Positions 10,815-21,158 of a stretch of 64,000 bases of DNA are shown one piece after another. The notes below the pieces were generated by a model. That model searched no databases. It was not told the DNA's origin and was given only the letters and a program-made list of their open reading frames with translations. The first letter of the stretch is position 1, and each line of letters starts with the position of its first letter. Source of the stretch: Nostoc sp. (GTDB taxonomy: Bacteria > Cyanobacteriota > Cyanobacteriia > Cyanobacteriales > Nostocaceae); contig JBALDB010000065.1 of NCBI GenBank assembly GCA_036918135.1, positions 1-64,000 on the forward strand. The letters run 5' to 3'. Both the position numbers and the translations under genes were made by a program.

Positions 10815-12068
10815 ATGAAACCATTGGTTGCAGACAAAACTTCAATTCCAACCATAGTCCGGAGGCGACACACCGACCCACCAGGTTTGTGGATTTCTGT
10901 AGTTATCGGTTCAGTCTCTATCCACTTGCTGGTGTTCTGGCTGATGCGCTCATCAAATACGTTCAGTCTATGGTTTCCTCAAGAAACTCAATCGGCTGTA
11001 CCCATTGAATTAATAGACATCTCTCCTAAAACAAAATCAACAGCTAAGACAGTTTCGCCAAAACGATTATCCTCAACTCAAAAGTCTGTACCAGCACGAA
11101 CTACGCCAAAAAATCAAGATTTTTCTGCCATAAATTCCAGTGGTAATCTCCAAGCCAACAGTAAAACTGACGCTTCTCAAATTAATAGTCAACGCTTTCG
11201 CCAACGAACAGTTTCCAAACCGATACCTAAACCTACACCTACAGCGACACCTAAAATTCCAACTGACGCTTCTCAAACTAATAGTCAGCGCTTTCGCCAA
11301 CAAACAGTTCCCAAGCCGATAGCTACACCTATACCTACAGCGACACCTACAATTCCAGTTGCTAATCTTCCTTGGAACCGTCGTCAAGAACTCAAATTTG
11401 GAAAGGGAACACCACTATCAGCAGGTATTCCATCAAGTCCACCTGTTAAGGAAACTCCACCAACTCCAACAAAGGAAACTCCACCAACTTCTACAGGACA
11501 AACTCCACCAACTCCAACAAAGGAAACTCCACCAACTCCCACACAACAAACTCCGCCAACTTCTACAGGACAAACTTCACCAACTCCAGCTAGGGAAACT
11601 CCACCAACTTCTACAGGACAAACCTCACCAACTCCAGCTAGGGAAACTCAGCCAACTTCGACTCAAGGAGCATCAGTAGCAATAGTAGCTCCTTTACTTA
11701 AAGATGAAGTTAGTAGCTTGATAAAAGCAGGGAGATTGCGACAAGATGGTTTACCAGATGCGATCGCTGTATATAAAGGTAGTGGCACAAAACAATTCGA
11801 CTCCAGTTTTCTGCCCCAAAATAATGAACTTAACCCAGCATCACTCTTGGCTAGCTTAATAATCGATCGCAATGGCAACTTTCAACAGGCTGTAGTTTTA
11901 GAAATACAACCAGCAACACTACAAAGTCAAAAAAGCACATATCAGGAAGTCTTGAACGAAATTTTCAAAACAGAAAACTTTGTTGCTGCCCAAAATAACG
12001 ATGGAAGTAAACCAGAGTGGAGCAATCTGTATGTCAGAATCAAAATTCAATCTGCCAATTCCAACTAA
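10815..12068 (+). CDS. membrane-anchored Pro/Thr-rich hypothetical protein (TonB-like layout)
   Basis: N-terminal TM helix (SVVIGSVSIHLLVFWL), internal ~40-aa duplication, ETPPT repeats, small C-terminal domain. Confidence 0.65.
   Translation: MKPLVADKTSIPTIVRRRHTDPPGLWISVVIGSVSIHLLVFWLMRSSNTFSLWFPQETQSAVPIELIDISPKTKSTAKTVSPKRLSSTQKSVPARTTPKNQDFSAINSSGNLQANSKTDASQINSQRFRQRTVSKPIPKPTPTATPKIPTDASQTNSQRFRQQTVPKPIATPIPTATPTIPVANLPWNRRQELKFGKGTPLSAGIPSSPPVKETPPTPTKETPPTSTGQTPPTPTKETPPTPTQQTPPTSTGQTSPTPARETPPTSTGQTSPTPARETQPTSTQGASVAIVAPLLKDEVSSLIKAGRLRQDGLPDAIAVYKGSGTKQFDSSFLPQNNELNPASLLASLIIDRNGNFQQAVVLEIQPATLQSQKSTYQEVLNEIFKTENFVAAQNNDGSKPEWSNLYVRIKIQSANSN
11450..11660 (+). repeat. coding repeats (ETPPTPTK / QTPPTSTG units)
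   Basis: AACTCCACCAACT core repeated about 9 times. Confidence 0.85.
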
Positions 12069-12122
12069 CTAAATGCTTGATTTTTTGCAACAACTGTGTT
12101 AAAGTCATTAAGTTAGAAAATT

Positions 12123-12193
12123 GCGGGCGTAGTTTAGTGGTAAAACTATAGCCTTCCAAGCTATTAATGCGGGTTCGATTCCCGCCGCCCGCT
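12123..12193 (+). tRNA. tRNA-Gly (TCC)
   Basis: Cloverleaf: acceptor GCGGGCG/CGCCCGC, D arm GTTT/AAAC, anticodon arm ATAGC-CTTCCAA-GCTAT, T arm GCGGG-TTCGATT-CCCGC. No encoded CCA. Confidence 0.97.
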
Positions 12194-12625
12194 TAATGCT
12201 GTTGTTTAAAAACTAATTATTTGTCACTGTTAAGAAATTGATATGACCTTTTGTAGAAAACACTCTACATATAGGACTCGTATTTTATTTTTCAAAAAAG
12301 TTTAGTATACCTTAATCTTTTATAATCCCTTTGCCCGTTGCCTGCATAAGCAAGTGATTTCTCCGAATCAAACCAGATTCCTATAGATTTTATGTTGTTG
12401 TGAACGCCTGAGGAAAGATTATCTAAGAGAGAAAAAATACCTACGCTTTTTGTTGTGGAGTATGACAGAAAAAAGGCGATGTCTGACGACAAGCGGCTTT
12501 GCGTCTACGCATCTCTAGAACAAGGTGAGTTTGTGATTCCTGTGTGGTTAGATATCATTTAGCCGAGAAACTAGGAAAATAGGAATTCTCTTTCATAAGA
12601 TAGAAGCATCGTAGGAGTAAGTATA

Positions 12626-14269
12626 GTGCCGCGTGGAACAAGGAAAAACAGTAAAAAGCAAGCAGAGAAAAACGGTTCTCTTGATTTACCACTTCTAGAG
12701 TTAGCTAACCAAGCTGGCGATCGCTTGGATATTCCGGCAATGGAACAATGGCTGTGGGATGCTGCTTGTAAGATACGCGGTGCGACGGATGCACCAAAAT
12801 TCAAAGATTTTATTCTGCCCTTGATTTTCTACAAACGGCTGTCTGATGTGTTTGATGATGAGTATGAAAAGTGCGCCGAGAAGTTTGGGAGTGGAGACTT
12901 AGCCCGTGCTTTCATTGAAGCAGATCATCAAGATGCAATTAAAAATATCCGTCAGCCAATTGTGCGTTACTATGTCCCGCATGAATACCGTTGGGAGGCG
13001 ATTCGCTTTCATCCTAAAGATGGCTTAGGGGAGTTTGTCACAACGGCGATGCGGGAGGTGGCAAAGCGCAATCGTAAGTTGGAGGGAACGCTGACACTGA
13101 AAGATTATAACGAGAAGCAAAGCAATCAGCGCGTTTTGGATGATGATCGTTTAAAGGACTTGATTGAAGTCATCAGTCGGCATCGGTTGGGATTAAAGAA
13201 TACCAATGCGGATGTTTTGGGGGAAGCTTATGAGTATTTGCTGCGGAAGTTTGCTGAAGGACAGGGGCAAAGTGCCGGGGAGTTTCTCACACCATCAGAG
13301 GTGGGTTGGTTGATTGCGGAAATTATTGACCCCGAACCCTACACGAAGATTTACGATCCCACTTGTGGATCGGGTAGGTTGTTGACTAAGCCGCGTCTGG
13401 TATTCAACCGCAAGCATCCAGGAGAAGAGAGTAAAGCACCTCGGTTATTTGGACAAGAGTTGAACTGGACAACTTTCGCTATCGCTAAAATGAATATGTT
13501 TTTGCAGGATTTTACTGATACACAAATTGAGATTGGCGATACATTCAGACAACCGAAATTTACGGTTGACAAGAAGGTGATGCGCTTTGATTATGTGGTT
13601 GCTAATCCGATGTGGAATCAGGACAACTACGGCGCAGATGCTTACGAAGAAGATTCTTTTGAACGGTTTAAGGACGGAATTGCCTCTAAATCTTCCGCAG
13701 ATTGGGGATGGGTGCAGCATATTTGGGCATCGCTGAAAGATAACGGACGGGCGGCGGTTGTTTTGGATACAGGTGCAGTATCTCGCGGTTCCGGGAGTCA
13801 GAACAAAAATCAAGAAAGAGACATTCGTAAGGAATTTGTGGAAAAAGACAGAGTTGAAGGGGTGATTTTGCTACCTGAAAATTTGTTTTATAACACGACT
13901 GCGCCAGGAGTGGTAATTTTGTTAAATCGTCTGAAACCTCTGAATCGTAAAGGTGAGTTTTTGCTGATTAATGCTGCTGATTATTTTGTCAAGGGCGATC
14001 CCAAGAATATTTTGACAAAGGAAGGAATTAAGGCGGTTTGTGAGGTTTATCGCAATTGGGAAACGCGAGAGAAGCTGAGTAAAGTTGTTAAGTTAGAAGA
14101 ATTAAGAGAAGCAGATTATAATCTTAGTCCGTCGCAGTTTGTGGATGTTAGCGATAAAGTTGTGCATCGGGCGATCGCAGATATTTTGACAGATTTGGCG
14201 GTAGCAAGACAAGACAGGGAATGGGCGGATAAAGATTTAGCTGAGGTGTTAGCAAAGTTGAATTTATAG
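12626..14269 (+). CDS. hsdM: type I restriction-modification methyltransferase subunit M
   Basis: LWDAACKIRG, AGEFLTP, YDPTCGSG (SAM motif I), VANPMW (motif IV), LPENLFYNT. Confidence 0.93.
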   Translation: MPRGTRKNSKKQAEKNGSLDLPLLELANQAGDRLDIPAMEQWLWDAACKIRGATDAPKFKDFILPLIFYKRLSDVFDDEYEKCAEKFGSGDLARAFIEADHQDAIKNIRQPIVRYYVPHEYRWEAIRFHPKDGLGEFVTTAMREVAKRNRKLEGTLTLKDYNEKQSNQRVLDDDRLKDLIEVISRHRLGLKNTNADVLGEAYEYLLRKFAEGQGQSAGEFLTPSEVGWLIAEIIDPEPYTKIYDPTCGSGRLLTKPRLVFNRKHPGEESKAPRLFGQELNWTTFAIAKMNMFLQDFTDTQIEIGDTFRQPKFTVDKKVMRFDYVVANPMWNQDNYGADAYEEDSFERFKDGIASKSSADWGWVQHIWASLKDNGRAAVVLDTGAVSRGSGSQNKNQERDIRKEFVEKDRVEGVILLPENLFYNTTAPGVVILLNRLKPLNRKGEFLLINAADYFVKGDPKNILTKEGIKAVCEVYRNWETREKLSKVVKLEELREADYNLSPSQFVDVSDKVVHRAIADILTDLAVARQDREWADKDLAEVLAKLNL

Positions 14270-14607
14270 CGTTTTTCATTATATATTCTTGGACTCCATA
14301 AACCTGTCAGTTCACAGATAAGGGCACTCTACTGCCGAGGCAAGGTCGGATCAAGTTATCCGGAAACTTCTCAACGTCTCCCCTCTATCAGGTTTGTGGG
14401 ATGCGATCTGCTTTGCAGCAACGCTTCGCGATCGCTTTGAGCCCCGAATCATCCCTACTCAATCTTCCAATTAGGCGTATAACCAGAAGTAACTTGGCTA
14501 TACATTTGCAAGACCCATGCAGAAATACGTCCTGAGAGTTTTGCGATCGCCCACAGTGTTAGGTAAAATCATTTTCAATTGTTGAGAATTCGCCCAGGAA
14601 AAAGTTT

Positions 14608-14952
14608 ATGGCAGATAAGTCCGGTCAAGACCCCTCGGAAATCCCAGTGGCAACGGTTGATGAAGAACGAAAAGGCGCAACTTTCAGCGGTACGGTCATC
14701 CTTGGTATAGATCCTGAGGGTGGGGCAGTCGTTTTCTTTAGAGACTTTTTAATTGAAGATTATAAAGGCGAACTTACCGCTTATCTGGCAACAGATGGCG
14801 ATATAAAGAAAAGCATTGATTTAGGCGAACTCGATCATAAAAGCCCCAGTTTTAAGCTGCCAATTCCGCTGGGAACGGATACATTACCCTACAATACAGT
14901 CGTGTTGAGCGACAAAAAAAGCAAGAAAAAAATCCTGACGATCGATCTATAA
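14608..14952 (+). CDS. small DM13-like domain protein
   Basis: L.AYLA...IDLGEL...F.LPIP.GTD...YNTVVL follows the DM13 pattern, but the usual W-C is missing. RBS AGGA lies upstream. Confidence 0.5.
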   Translation: MADKSGQDPSEIPVATVDEERKGATFSGTVILGIDPEGGAVVFFRDFLIEDYKGELTAYLATDGDIKKSIDLGELDHKSPSFKLPIPLGTDTLPYNTVVLSDKKSKKKILTIDL

Positions 14953-15027
14953 AATTTGTAACTTAGCTCGTAGTTCAGCCAAATTCGATTGCCCTCCTGT
15001 ATAGATCTCAAATGGGTTCTATAAAAC

Positions 15028-15185
15028 GATGTTTGAAAAGTCCTTTTGTTGGTAGCAAAACGTTTTAGATCCCCCTAAATCCCCCTTAAAAAGGGGGACT
15101 TTGATTCCGGTTCCCCCCTTAAAAAGGGGGGCTAGGGGGGATCAACAAGTGCCTAAAATCACAGCCAACCACTTTTCAAACAACC
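15028..15185. mobile_element. MITE-like element, about 160 bp
   Basis: Terminal inverted repeats GATGTTTGAAAAGT / ACTTTTCAAACAAC; internal CCCCCTTAAAAAGGGGG palindromes. A related copy lies at 49582-49740. Confidence 0.75.
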
Positions 15186-15191
15186 TCTAAG

Positions 15192-15371
15192 GCGATCGCA
15201 TTTGTTGATTTGGCGTTCGCATTTGTTGATTCGGCGTTCACATTTGTTGATTTGGCGAACGCATTTGTTGATTTGGCGTTCGCATTTGTTGATTTGGCGA
15301 ACGCATTTGTTGATTTAGCGAACGCATTTGTTGATTCGGCGAACGCATTTGTTGATTTAGCGTTCGCATTT
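15192..15371. repeat. 21-bp tandem repeat, 8 full copies (GCATTTGTTGATT(T/C)(G/A)GCG(TT/AA)C)
   Basis: Direct reading of the sequence; no spacers between units. Confidence 0.95.
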
Positions 15372-15763
15372 ATTATTTCGCCGTGTCCATAACGCACCCT
15401 TGTATTTTAGAAGAGTTGAAACCTATACTGGTCATATTTGTGTGTACACCCTAGCCTACAAGGAGAGAAGCTTTAAGGCTTACTCCCCAACGCTAGTAGG
15501 GAAGGGTTGGAGGTTAGAATATTCGTAGGTTGGGGAGCCAGTGCGTTGCGGGGGTTCCCCCCGTTGAAGCAACTGGCGTTTGAGGCAATGCGTTACTCAA
15601 TAAACCCTGCAAAATGTTAGATTTCGTTCCTCAAACCTACCTACACATTTTACGCTAGCTGATTTCTGAGTATTTAAGTTTGTCTGCGATGAGTAGTAAA
15701 GTTTAAACTACTAAAGTTTCAATCAGCTATAAATATCTTATTATTTTTATCCAGGATACAGAA

Positions 15764-16021
15764 ATGACTCAAGCAATTGATAAGCAACAAATGATAATTA
15801 ATGAATTTAAAAAGTTATCTCCTGAGAAGCAACAGGAGGTATTAAATTTTATTGAGTTTTTGCAGTTTAAGGAGATGCAAAAGCAGGATGTACAGCATCA
15901 AGAAGAGAAAGAACCTATTTCTGCCTATGAAGCTGCTAAAGAGTTTGCTGGCTGCGTTGATGGCGGCCCTGGTGATTTAGCTACCAACAAGAAGTATTTA
16001 GAAGGCTACGGTTGGAAATGA
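15764..16021 (+). CDS. DUF2281-like antitoxin
   Basis: LSPEKQQEVLNFIEFL and GCVDGGPGDLATNKKYLEGYG; ATGA overlap with the PIN gene. Confidence 0.8.
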   Translation: MTQAIDKQQMIINEFKKLSPEKQQEVLNFIEFLQFKEMQKQDVQHQEEKEPISAYEAAKEFAGCVDGGPGDLATNKKYLEGYGWK

Positions 16022-16440
16022 GAAAAAAGGTACTTCTAGATACAGGCCCCTTAGTCGCATTTATCAATAATCGAGAAAATTCGCATGATTGGGCGGTTAA
16101 TCAATGGAAAAATATTCAACCGCCCTTATTAACTTGTGAAGCAGTAATTATTGAGGCGTGTTTTATATTGCGAGATTTTTATGGTGGACAGGATGCGGTT
16201 ATGTCTTTATTAGATACTGGCATAATTCAAATCTCTTTTCGTCTCAGTGATGAAATAGGAACGGTTAGAGAGTTGCTGAAGCGGTATCAGAATGTGCCAA
16301 TGTCTTTAGCTGATGCGTGTTTGGTAAGAATGAGTGAGTTGATTAATGGTAGTAGTGTGTTAACTCTAGATAGCGATTTTCGGATTTATCGGAAGAATAA
16401 AAATGAAATGATGGATTTGATTATTGCAGATGGAATATGA
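16018..16440 (+). CDS. PIN-domain (VapC-like) toxin
   Basis: LLDTGPLVA, CEAVIIE, SLADACL, LTLDSDF acidic PIN motifs. Confidence 0.88.
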   Translation: MRKKVLLDTGPLVAFINNRENSHDWAVNQWKNIQPPLLTCEAVIIEACFILRDFYGGQDAVMSLLDTGIIQISFRLSDEIGTVRELLKRYQNVPMSLADACLVRMSELINGSSVLTLDSDFRIYRKNKNEMMDLIIADGI

Positions 16441-17726
16441 GAGGGGTAGGGATGGGTGAGATTCAATTACCATCTCATTGGAAAGTCGTAACATTAGGAG
16501 ATGTAGCACGAATTGAACGAGGTAAGTTTGCTCATCGTCCTAGAAATGATCCGGCTTTCTATGGGGGTGATATTCCATTTATTCAAACAGGTGATGTCAC
16601 TGCATCTAATGGATATGTAAAAAATTATGCACAAACTTTAAATCAAAAGGGATTATCAGTTAGTAAGTTTTTTCCAAAAGGAACAATTGTAATAACTATT
16701 GCTGCAAATATAGGCTACACAGCTATCTTAGAATTTGATAGTGCATTTCCTGATAGTTTAATAGGGATTACACCTAATAATAAAACAATACCAGTAGATG
16801 CAGAATATTTGAACTATTACCTTTGGACACAACAGCTTGAAATGGATAGGCAAGCACCCAGAGGGACGCAAAAAAATATCAATATTCAATTTCTGAATCC
16901 TTGGCGCGTAGTAGTTCCCCCACTCCCTGAACAAAAAACGATCGCCCACACTCTGCGAACCATCCAGAAAGCCAAAGAAACCCGCCAGCGAGAGTTAGAA
17001 CTGGAACGGGAACGCAAAGCAGCACTGATGCAGTATCTCTTTACTCATGGCACTAGCAATGAACCGCGTGGGGAGAAGAAAATAGGCAAAATTCCTGAGA
17101 GTTGGGGCATTGTTCCTTTTAAAAGTATCACAGTTTCAGGAACTCAAAACGGTATTTATAAGAGCAAAGAGTTTTACGGTAGAGGCTATCAAATAGCCGA
17201 TATGAAGGATATTTTTAAGGGTGAAGTTTTAGAAATTGGCAACATGGATAAACTTGATTTGGATGATGAAGAACTTGCAAAATTTAGGCTATATGAGGGT
17301 GACTTGATTTTTGCAAGGAGGTCGTTCAAACCTGAAGGTGCAGGTAAATGTCAGTTTATACCAACCTTGAAGGAGCCAGTAGTTTTTTCTAGTTCCATTA
17401 TCCGTGTATCTTTAAACAAAGAAATAGCAGAACCTAGATTTTATGCTTATTTTTTCAACAGTGAGATTGGTAATCAGTTAATTAGACAAATAACCCGTAT
17501 TCTAGCTGTATCAGGTATAAGTGGTAGCGATTTAAAAAATCTACTTGTTCCCGTTTTGACTCAAAAGGAACAAAAAGAGATTGTGGCAACTTTACAAAAC
17601 TGCGATCGCAAAATTCAAGCCCTAGAAAAAGAAATCGCCCTTACTGACGAACTATTCCACGCCATGCTAGAACAACTGATGACAGGTAAAATTTCTACCC
17701 AACCCTTAACCGAGACTTACGTATGA
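16437..17726 (+). CDS. hsdS: type I R-M specificity subunit S
   Basis: Two TRDs separated by PPLPEQKTIA and a coiled coil; IGKIPESW; C-terminal QLMTGK. Confidence 0.92.
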   Translation: MRGVGMGEIQLPSHWKVVTLGDVARIERGKFAHRPRNDPAFYGGDIPFIQTGDVTASNGYVKNYAQTLNQKGLSVSKFFPKGTIVITIAANIGYTAILEFDSAFPDSLIGITPNNKTIPVDAEYLNYYLWTQQLEMDRQAPRGTQKNINIQFLNPWRVVVPPLPEQKTIAHTLRTIQKAKETRQRELELERERKAALMQYLFTHGTSNEPRGEKKIGKIPESWGIVPFKSITVSGTQNGIYKSKEFYGRGYQIADMKDIFKGEVLEIGNMDKLDLDDEELAKFRLYEGDLIFARRSFKPEGAGKCQFIPTLKEPVVFSSSIIRVSLNKEIAEPRFYAYFFNSEIGNQLIRQITRILAVSGISGSDLKNLLVPVLTQKEQKEIVATLQNCDRKIQALEKEIALTDELFHAMLEQLMTGKISTQPLTETYV

Positions 17727-20700
17727 GCGAAAGTTCCGCCGTGCAAAGACCGATGCTGAAATATGCCTATGATATAGGCTGGGAATACCTAACTTCAAAA
17801 GAGGCATTACAACGGCGGGAAGGCAAGGGAGAGGAAAAGCTCAAAGAACGCTACTTTGCCGATGTTCTTCGCAGTCAACTAATTAAACTAAATCCTGGCG
17901 TTGTCACCTCTAACAATATAGATGAAATTGTTCGCCGCCTGCGAAACATTGACAACACCATCGAAGGCAACCGCGAAGCATTAAACTGGTTGCAAGGCAA
18001 ACAATCTATATTTGTCGCCCAAGAAAACCGCGACAGAAACATTACCCTCATCGACTTTAACAACCCAGAAAATAACATCTTCCAAGTCACTGATGAATGG
18101 TCGCAAAAAGGCGTAAAATTTCCCAACCGCGCCGATATTATTTTTCTGATTAATGGTATTCCCGTTGCCATTGCGGAAACCAAAGGAGAAAAGAAAACTG
18201 ATGGTTTAGCACTAGGAATTGACCAAATTCGCCGCTACCACAACCAAACCCCAGAATTGCTAGCCTTTCCCCAAGTTTTTGAAGTCACAGAATTGTGGAA
18301 TTTCTGGTATGGCTTAACCTGGAATACCAACCGCAAAAACTTGTTTGAATGGAAACTGAACAAACAAAGCAATACCATCACTGAAGGCGACTACGAAGAG
18401 AAAATCAAAACCTTCTTCGACCATCAACGCTTTTTAGAAATTCTTAGATATTACATTGTTTTCCTCGAACGCGATGACGGCTTAACCAAAGTAATTTTAC
18501 GCCAACACCAAACCCGTGCAGTCAAAAAAGTCCTGCAACGCATCCAAGACCCGAATAAAAAACGCGGACTAGTTTGGCATACCCAAGGCAGTGGTAAAAC
18601 CCTGACAATGATTACAGTTGCCGCCCAACTCCGCAATATTAGCGGCGATAATACCGTAATCATGATTGTTGACCGCAACGAACTAGAAAACCAACTAGAC
18701 AAAAACCTCAAAGCTTATGGTATCAAAAGTTATGAAGTCGCAACCAGTAAAGCAGACTTAGAAAAACTCATCCAAGATGATTATCGCGGTTTAATCGTCG
18801 CCATGATTCACAAATTCGACAAGATGAAAGTAGAAAATAAGCGTTCTACAATTACCGTCTTAGTCGATGAAGCACACCGCAGCACAGGCGGTAATTTCGG
18901 CATATATTTAATGGCTGCCCTCCCCAACGCCACATTTATCGGTTTCACAGGTACACCCGTCAGCAAAGCAGCTAAAGGACAAAACACTTTCCAAACCTTC
19001 GGCGAACCTAGCGATCCGAAATACAGCCTAGATTCCTATTCAACCGCCGACTCAGTACGAGATGGCACAACCCTGAAGCTAAATTATGCCCTGGCGAAAT
19101 CAGAGTTTCGCGTTCCCCAAGAAATTTTAGAAAAAGAATTTCTCCAACTCCAAGCCGCAGAAGGCATTAACGACATAGAAGAACTTGATGGCATTCTCGA
19201 TCGCGCTGTTAAATTAAAAGAGTTTCTCAAAAGTGAAGATAGAGTAGATAAAGTAGCGAAATTTGTCGCCGCACACTTCCGTGACTACGTTGAACCAATG
19301 GGCTTTAAAGCTTTTATGGTTGGTGTAGACCGGGAAGCTTGTAAACTTTACAAACAAGCCTTAGATAAATATCTCCCTAGCGAATACTCAACCGTCGTTT
19401 ATTCCCGAACTACAGCCGCAGGACTGCGAGAGTATAACCTGACTGATGCCGAAGAGAAAGAAGTCCGCAAAGCCTTTATTAAAAAATCCGTCGTTTCTGC
19501 CAAAATATCCTTACCAAATGCAGTCATCGACTTTATCGAATCTCGCCCGAAAGATTTTAACTACGATAACAAAACCCTAACTTTTACAGGTTATTGTTCT
19601 GCTGAAGATGCCCAAAATTTAGAAAGCCTTTGCGGTGGCGATGCTGATGCTGTTACCAAAATTCGCCAACTTTACGAAGACTACCGCAAAGCCTTGCCGA
19701 AAATTCTCATCGTCACCGAGAAACTATTAACAGGGTTTGATGCGCCGATACTTTACTGTATGTATCTCGACAAACCGATGCGCGACCACGTTCTCTTGCA
19801 GGGAATCGCCCGTGTGAATCGCCCCTACGAAGACGCAGAAGGTTTAATTAAGCCCTACGGCTTTGTTCTAGATTTTATCGGTATTTTTGGCAACAAACTA
19901 GAGCAAGCCCTGGCCTTTGAGTCGGGAGAAGTTAACGACATCATCCAAAGTGTAGATGTGATGAAAAACATCCTACAAACGATGATGGAAAATACTGCAC
20001 CTGAGTATTTACCACTAGCTAAAAGATGGGACGACAAAGCAAAAGAACGCGCTGCGGCGCACTTTGCAGACAAAGATTTGCGCGAGAAGTTCTTTAAATT
20101 TGTCCGCCAACTCCAATCAATTTACGAAATCCTCTCTCCTGACCCTAACCTGCGCCCCTTCATGGAAAATTATCAAGCTATTATTAGGCTTTACGGAACA
20201 ATCCGCGCTGCTTACAATACCAGTCCCTACATTGATATTGAACTCACCGCCAAAACCAAAGAACTAATACGCCGCAACGTTACAATCGGCGAGTTGGAAA
20301 TGCCCGGAACTATCCACGAACTCAATGCCCAACAATTAGAACAATTCCGCCAAAATAGCACCACAGATACAGTAAAAGTTCTAAACTTGAGTAAGGCATT
20401 GTTGAAAGCAGTACACGAGCAAAGTCAGCGATCGCCTTTTTTGATTTCCATTGGCGAACGTGCCGAAATTGTCCGCGCCAGCTTTGAAAACCGCCAAATA
20501 GAGGCTCATGTTGCTTTAGCTAAACTAGATGAAATCGCCAATGAATGCACAGAAGCAGAAGCCTTACGCCAACAGCTCAAAGTTGATGAAAACACCTTTG
20601 CAATTTACACTGTCATCAAGCAAGCAGGCGACCTGGATATCAACCAAGCCGAAATTATCAACACAATTTATAGCAACTTCCCCGATTATTGGTGGGATGC

Positions 20701-20821
20701 GCGTCAGGAAATTGATTTAAGAACCGAACTTTACGCTAATATTTATCCTATTACAAGCTCAGTCGAGCAAACCATCGAAGTCACCAACAACCTGCTGAAA
20801 CTCGAACGAGTCGAATCATGA
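17723..20821 (+). CDS. hsdR: type I R-M endonuclease/translocase subunit R
   Basis: RADIIFLINGIPVAIAETK nuclease motif, WHTQGSGKT, DEAHRS, GFTGTP, LLTGFDAP, QGIARVNR. Confidence 0.94.
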   Translation: MSESSAVQRPMLKYAYDIGWEYLTSKEALQRREGKGEEKLKERYFADVLRSQLIKLNPGVVTSNNIDEIVRRLRNIDNTIEGNREALNWLQGKQSIFVAQENRDRNITLIDFNNPENNIFQVTDEWSQKGVKFPNRADIIFLINGIPVAIAETKGEKKTDGLALGIDQIRRYHNQTPELLAFPQVFEVTELWNFWYGLTWNTNRKNLFEWKLNKQSNTITEGDYEEKIKTFFDHQRFLEILRYYIVFLERDDGLTKVILRQHQTRAVKKVLQRIQDPNKKRGLVWHTQGSGKTLTMITVAAQLRNISGDNTVIMIVDRNELENQLDKNLKAYGIKSYEVATSKADLEKLIQDDYRGLIVAMIHKFDKMKVENKRSTITVLVDEAHRSTGGNFGIYLMAALPNATFIGFTGTPVSKAAKGQNTFQTFGEPSDPKYSLDSYSTADSVRDGTTLKLNYALAKSEFRVPQEILEKEFLQLQAAEGINDIEELDGILDRAVKLKEFLKSEDRVDKVAKFVAAHFRDYVEPMGFKAFMVGVDREACKLYKQALDKYLPSEYSTVVYSRTTAAGLREYNLTDAEEKEVRKAFIKKSVVSAKISLPNAVIDFIESRPKDFNYDNKTLTFTGYCSAEDAQNLESLCGGDADAVTKIRQLYEDYRKALPKILIVTEKLLTGFDAPILYCMYLDKPMRDHVLLQGIARVNRPYEDAEGLIKPYGFVLDFIGIFGNKLEQALAFESGEVNDIIQSVDVMKNILQTMMENTAPEYLPLAKRWDDKAKERAAAHFADKDLREKFFKFVRQLQSIYEILSPDPNLRPFMENYQAIIRLYGTIRAAYNTSPYIDIELTAKTKELIRRNVTIGELEMPGTIHELNAQQLEQFRQNSTTDTVKVLNLSKALLKAVHEQSQRSPFLISIGERAEIVRASFENRQIEAHVALAKLDEIANECTEAEALRQQLKVDENTFAIYTVIKQAGDLDINQAEIINTIYSNFPDYWWDARQEIDLRTELYANIYPITSSVEQTIEVTNNLLKLERVES

Positions 20822-21150
20822 TTGCTAGCTGCGACAATCGAAAATGGAAAGACGCGCAAGCACTTAAGGATGCTGTGGGAGAATGGAGCGATCGGATTAA
20901 AGTTAAAGTCAAACAAATTCAACTGCGTCCGATGAAGCGCAAATGGGCTTCTATCTCCACCACAGGACGTTTAACGCTGAATACTGAACTGCTAGACTTA
21001 CCAAAAGAATTGGGCGAGTTTGTGATTGTTCACGAACTCGTGCATCTCCTCGTTCCCAACCACGGTAAGGTGTTTAAATGTTTTATGTATGCTTATTTGC
21101 CTGACTGGGAAGAGTTAGAGATAAAGTTACAGAAAAATTGTCAGCAATGA
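20818..21150 (+). CDS. short YgjP/DUF45-like (M48-type) zincin often found after hsdR
   Basis: MKRKWAS, VHELVH (HExxH), NHGKVF; ATGA coupling to hsdR. Confidence 0.8.
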   Translation: MIASCDNRKWKDAQALKDAVGEWSDRIKVKVKQIQLRPMKRKWASISTTGRLTLNTELLDLPKELGEFVIVHELVHLLVPNHGKVFKCFMYAYLPDWEELEIKLQKNCQQ

Positions 21151-21158
21151 CTACTGAT

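Noticed and set aside
11073..11679. Short Cys/Arg-rich and Gln/Leu-rich ORFs
   Set aside because: Alternative frames of the Pro/Thr repeats in 10815..12068.
15192..15371. Possible CRISPR array
   Set aside because: Units are contiguous 21-mers with no unique spacers, and there are no cas genes.
19487..19695. Mini-intein in HsdR
   Set aside because: Too short and lacks the C-terminal HN-[CST] splice junction.
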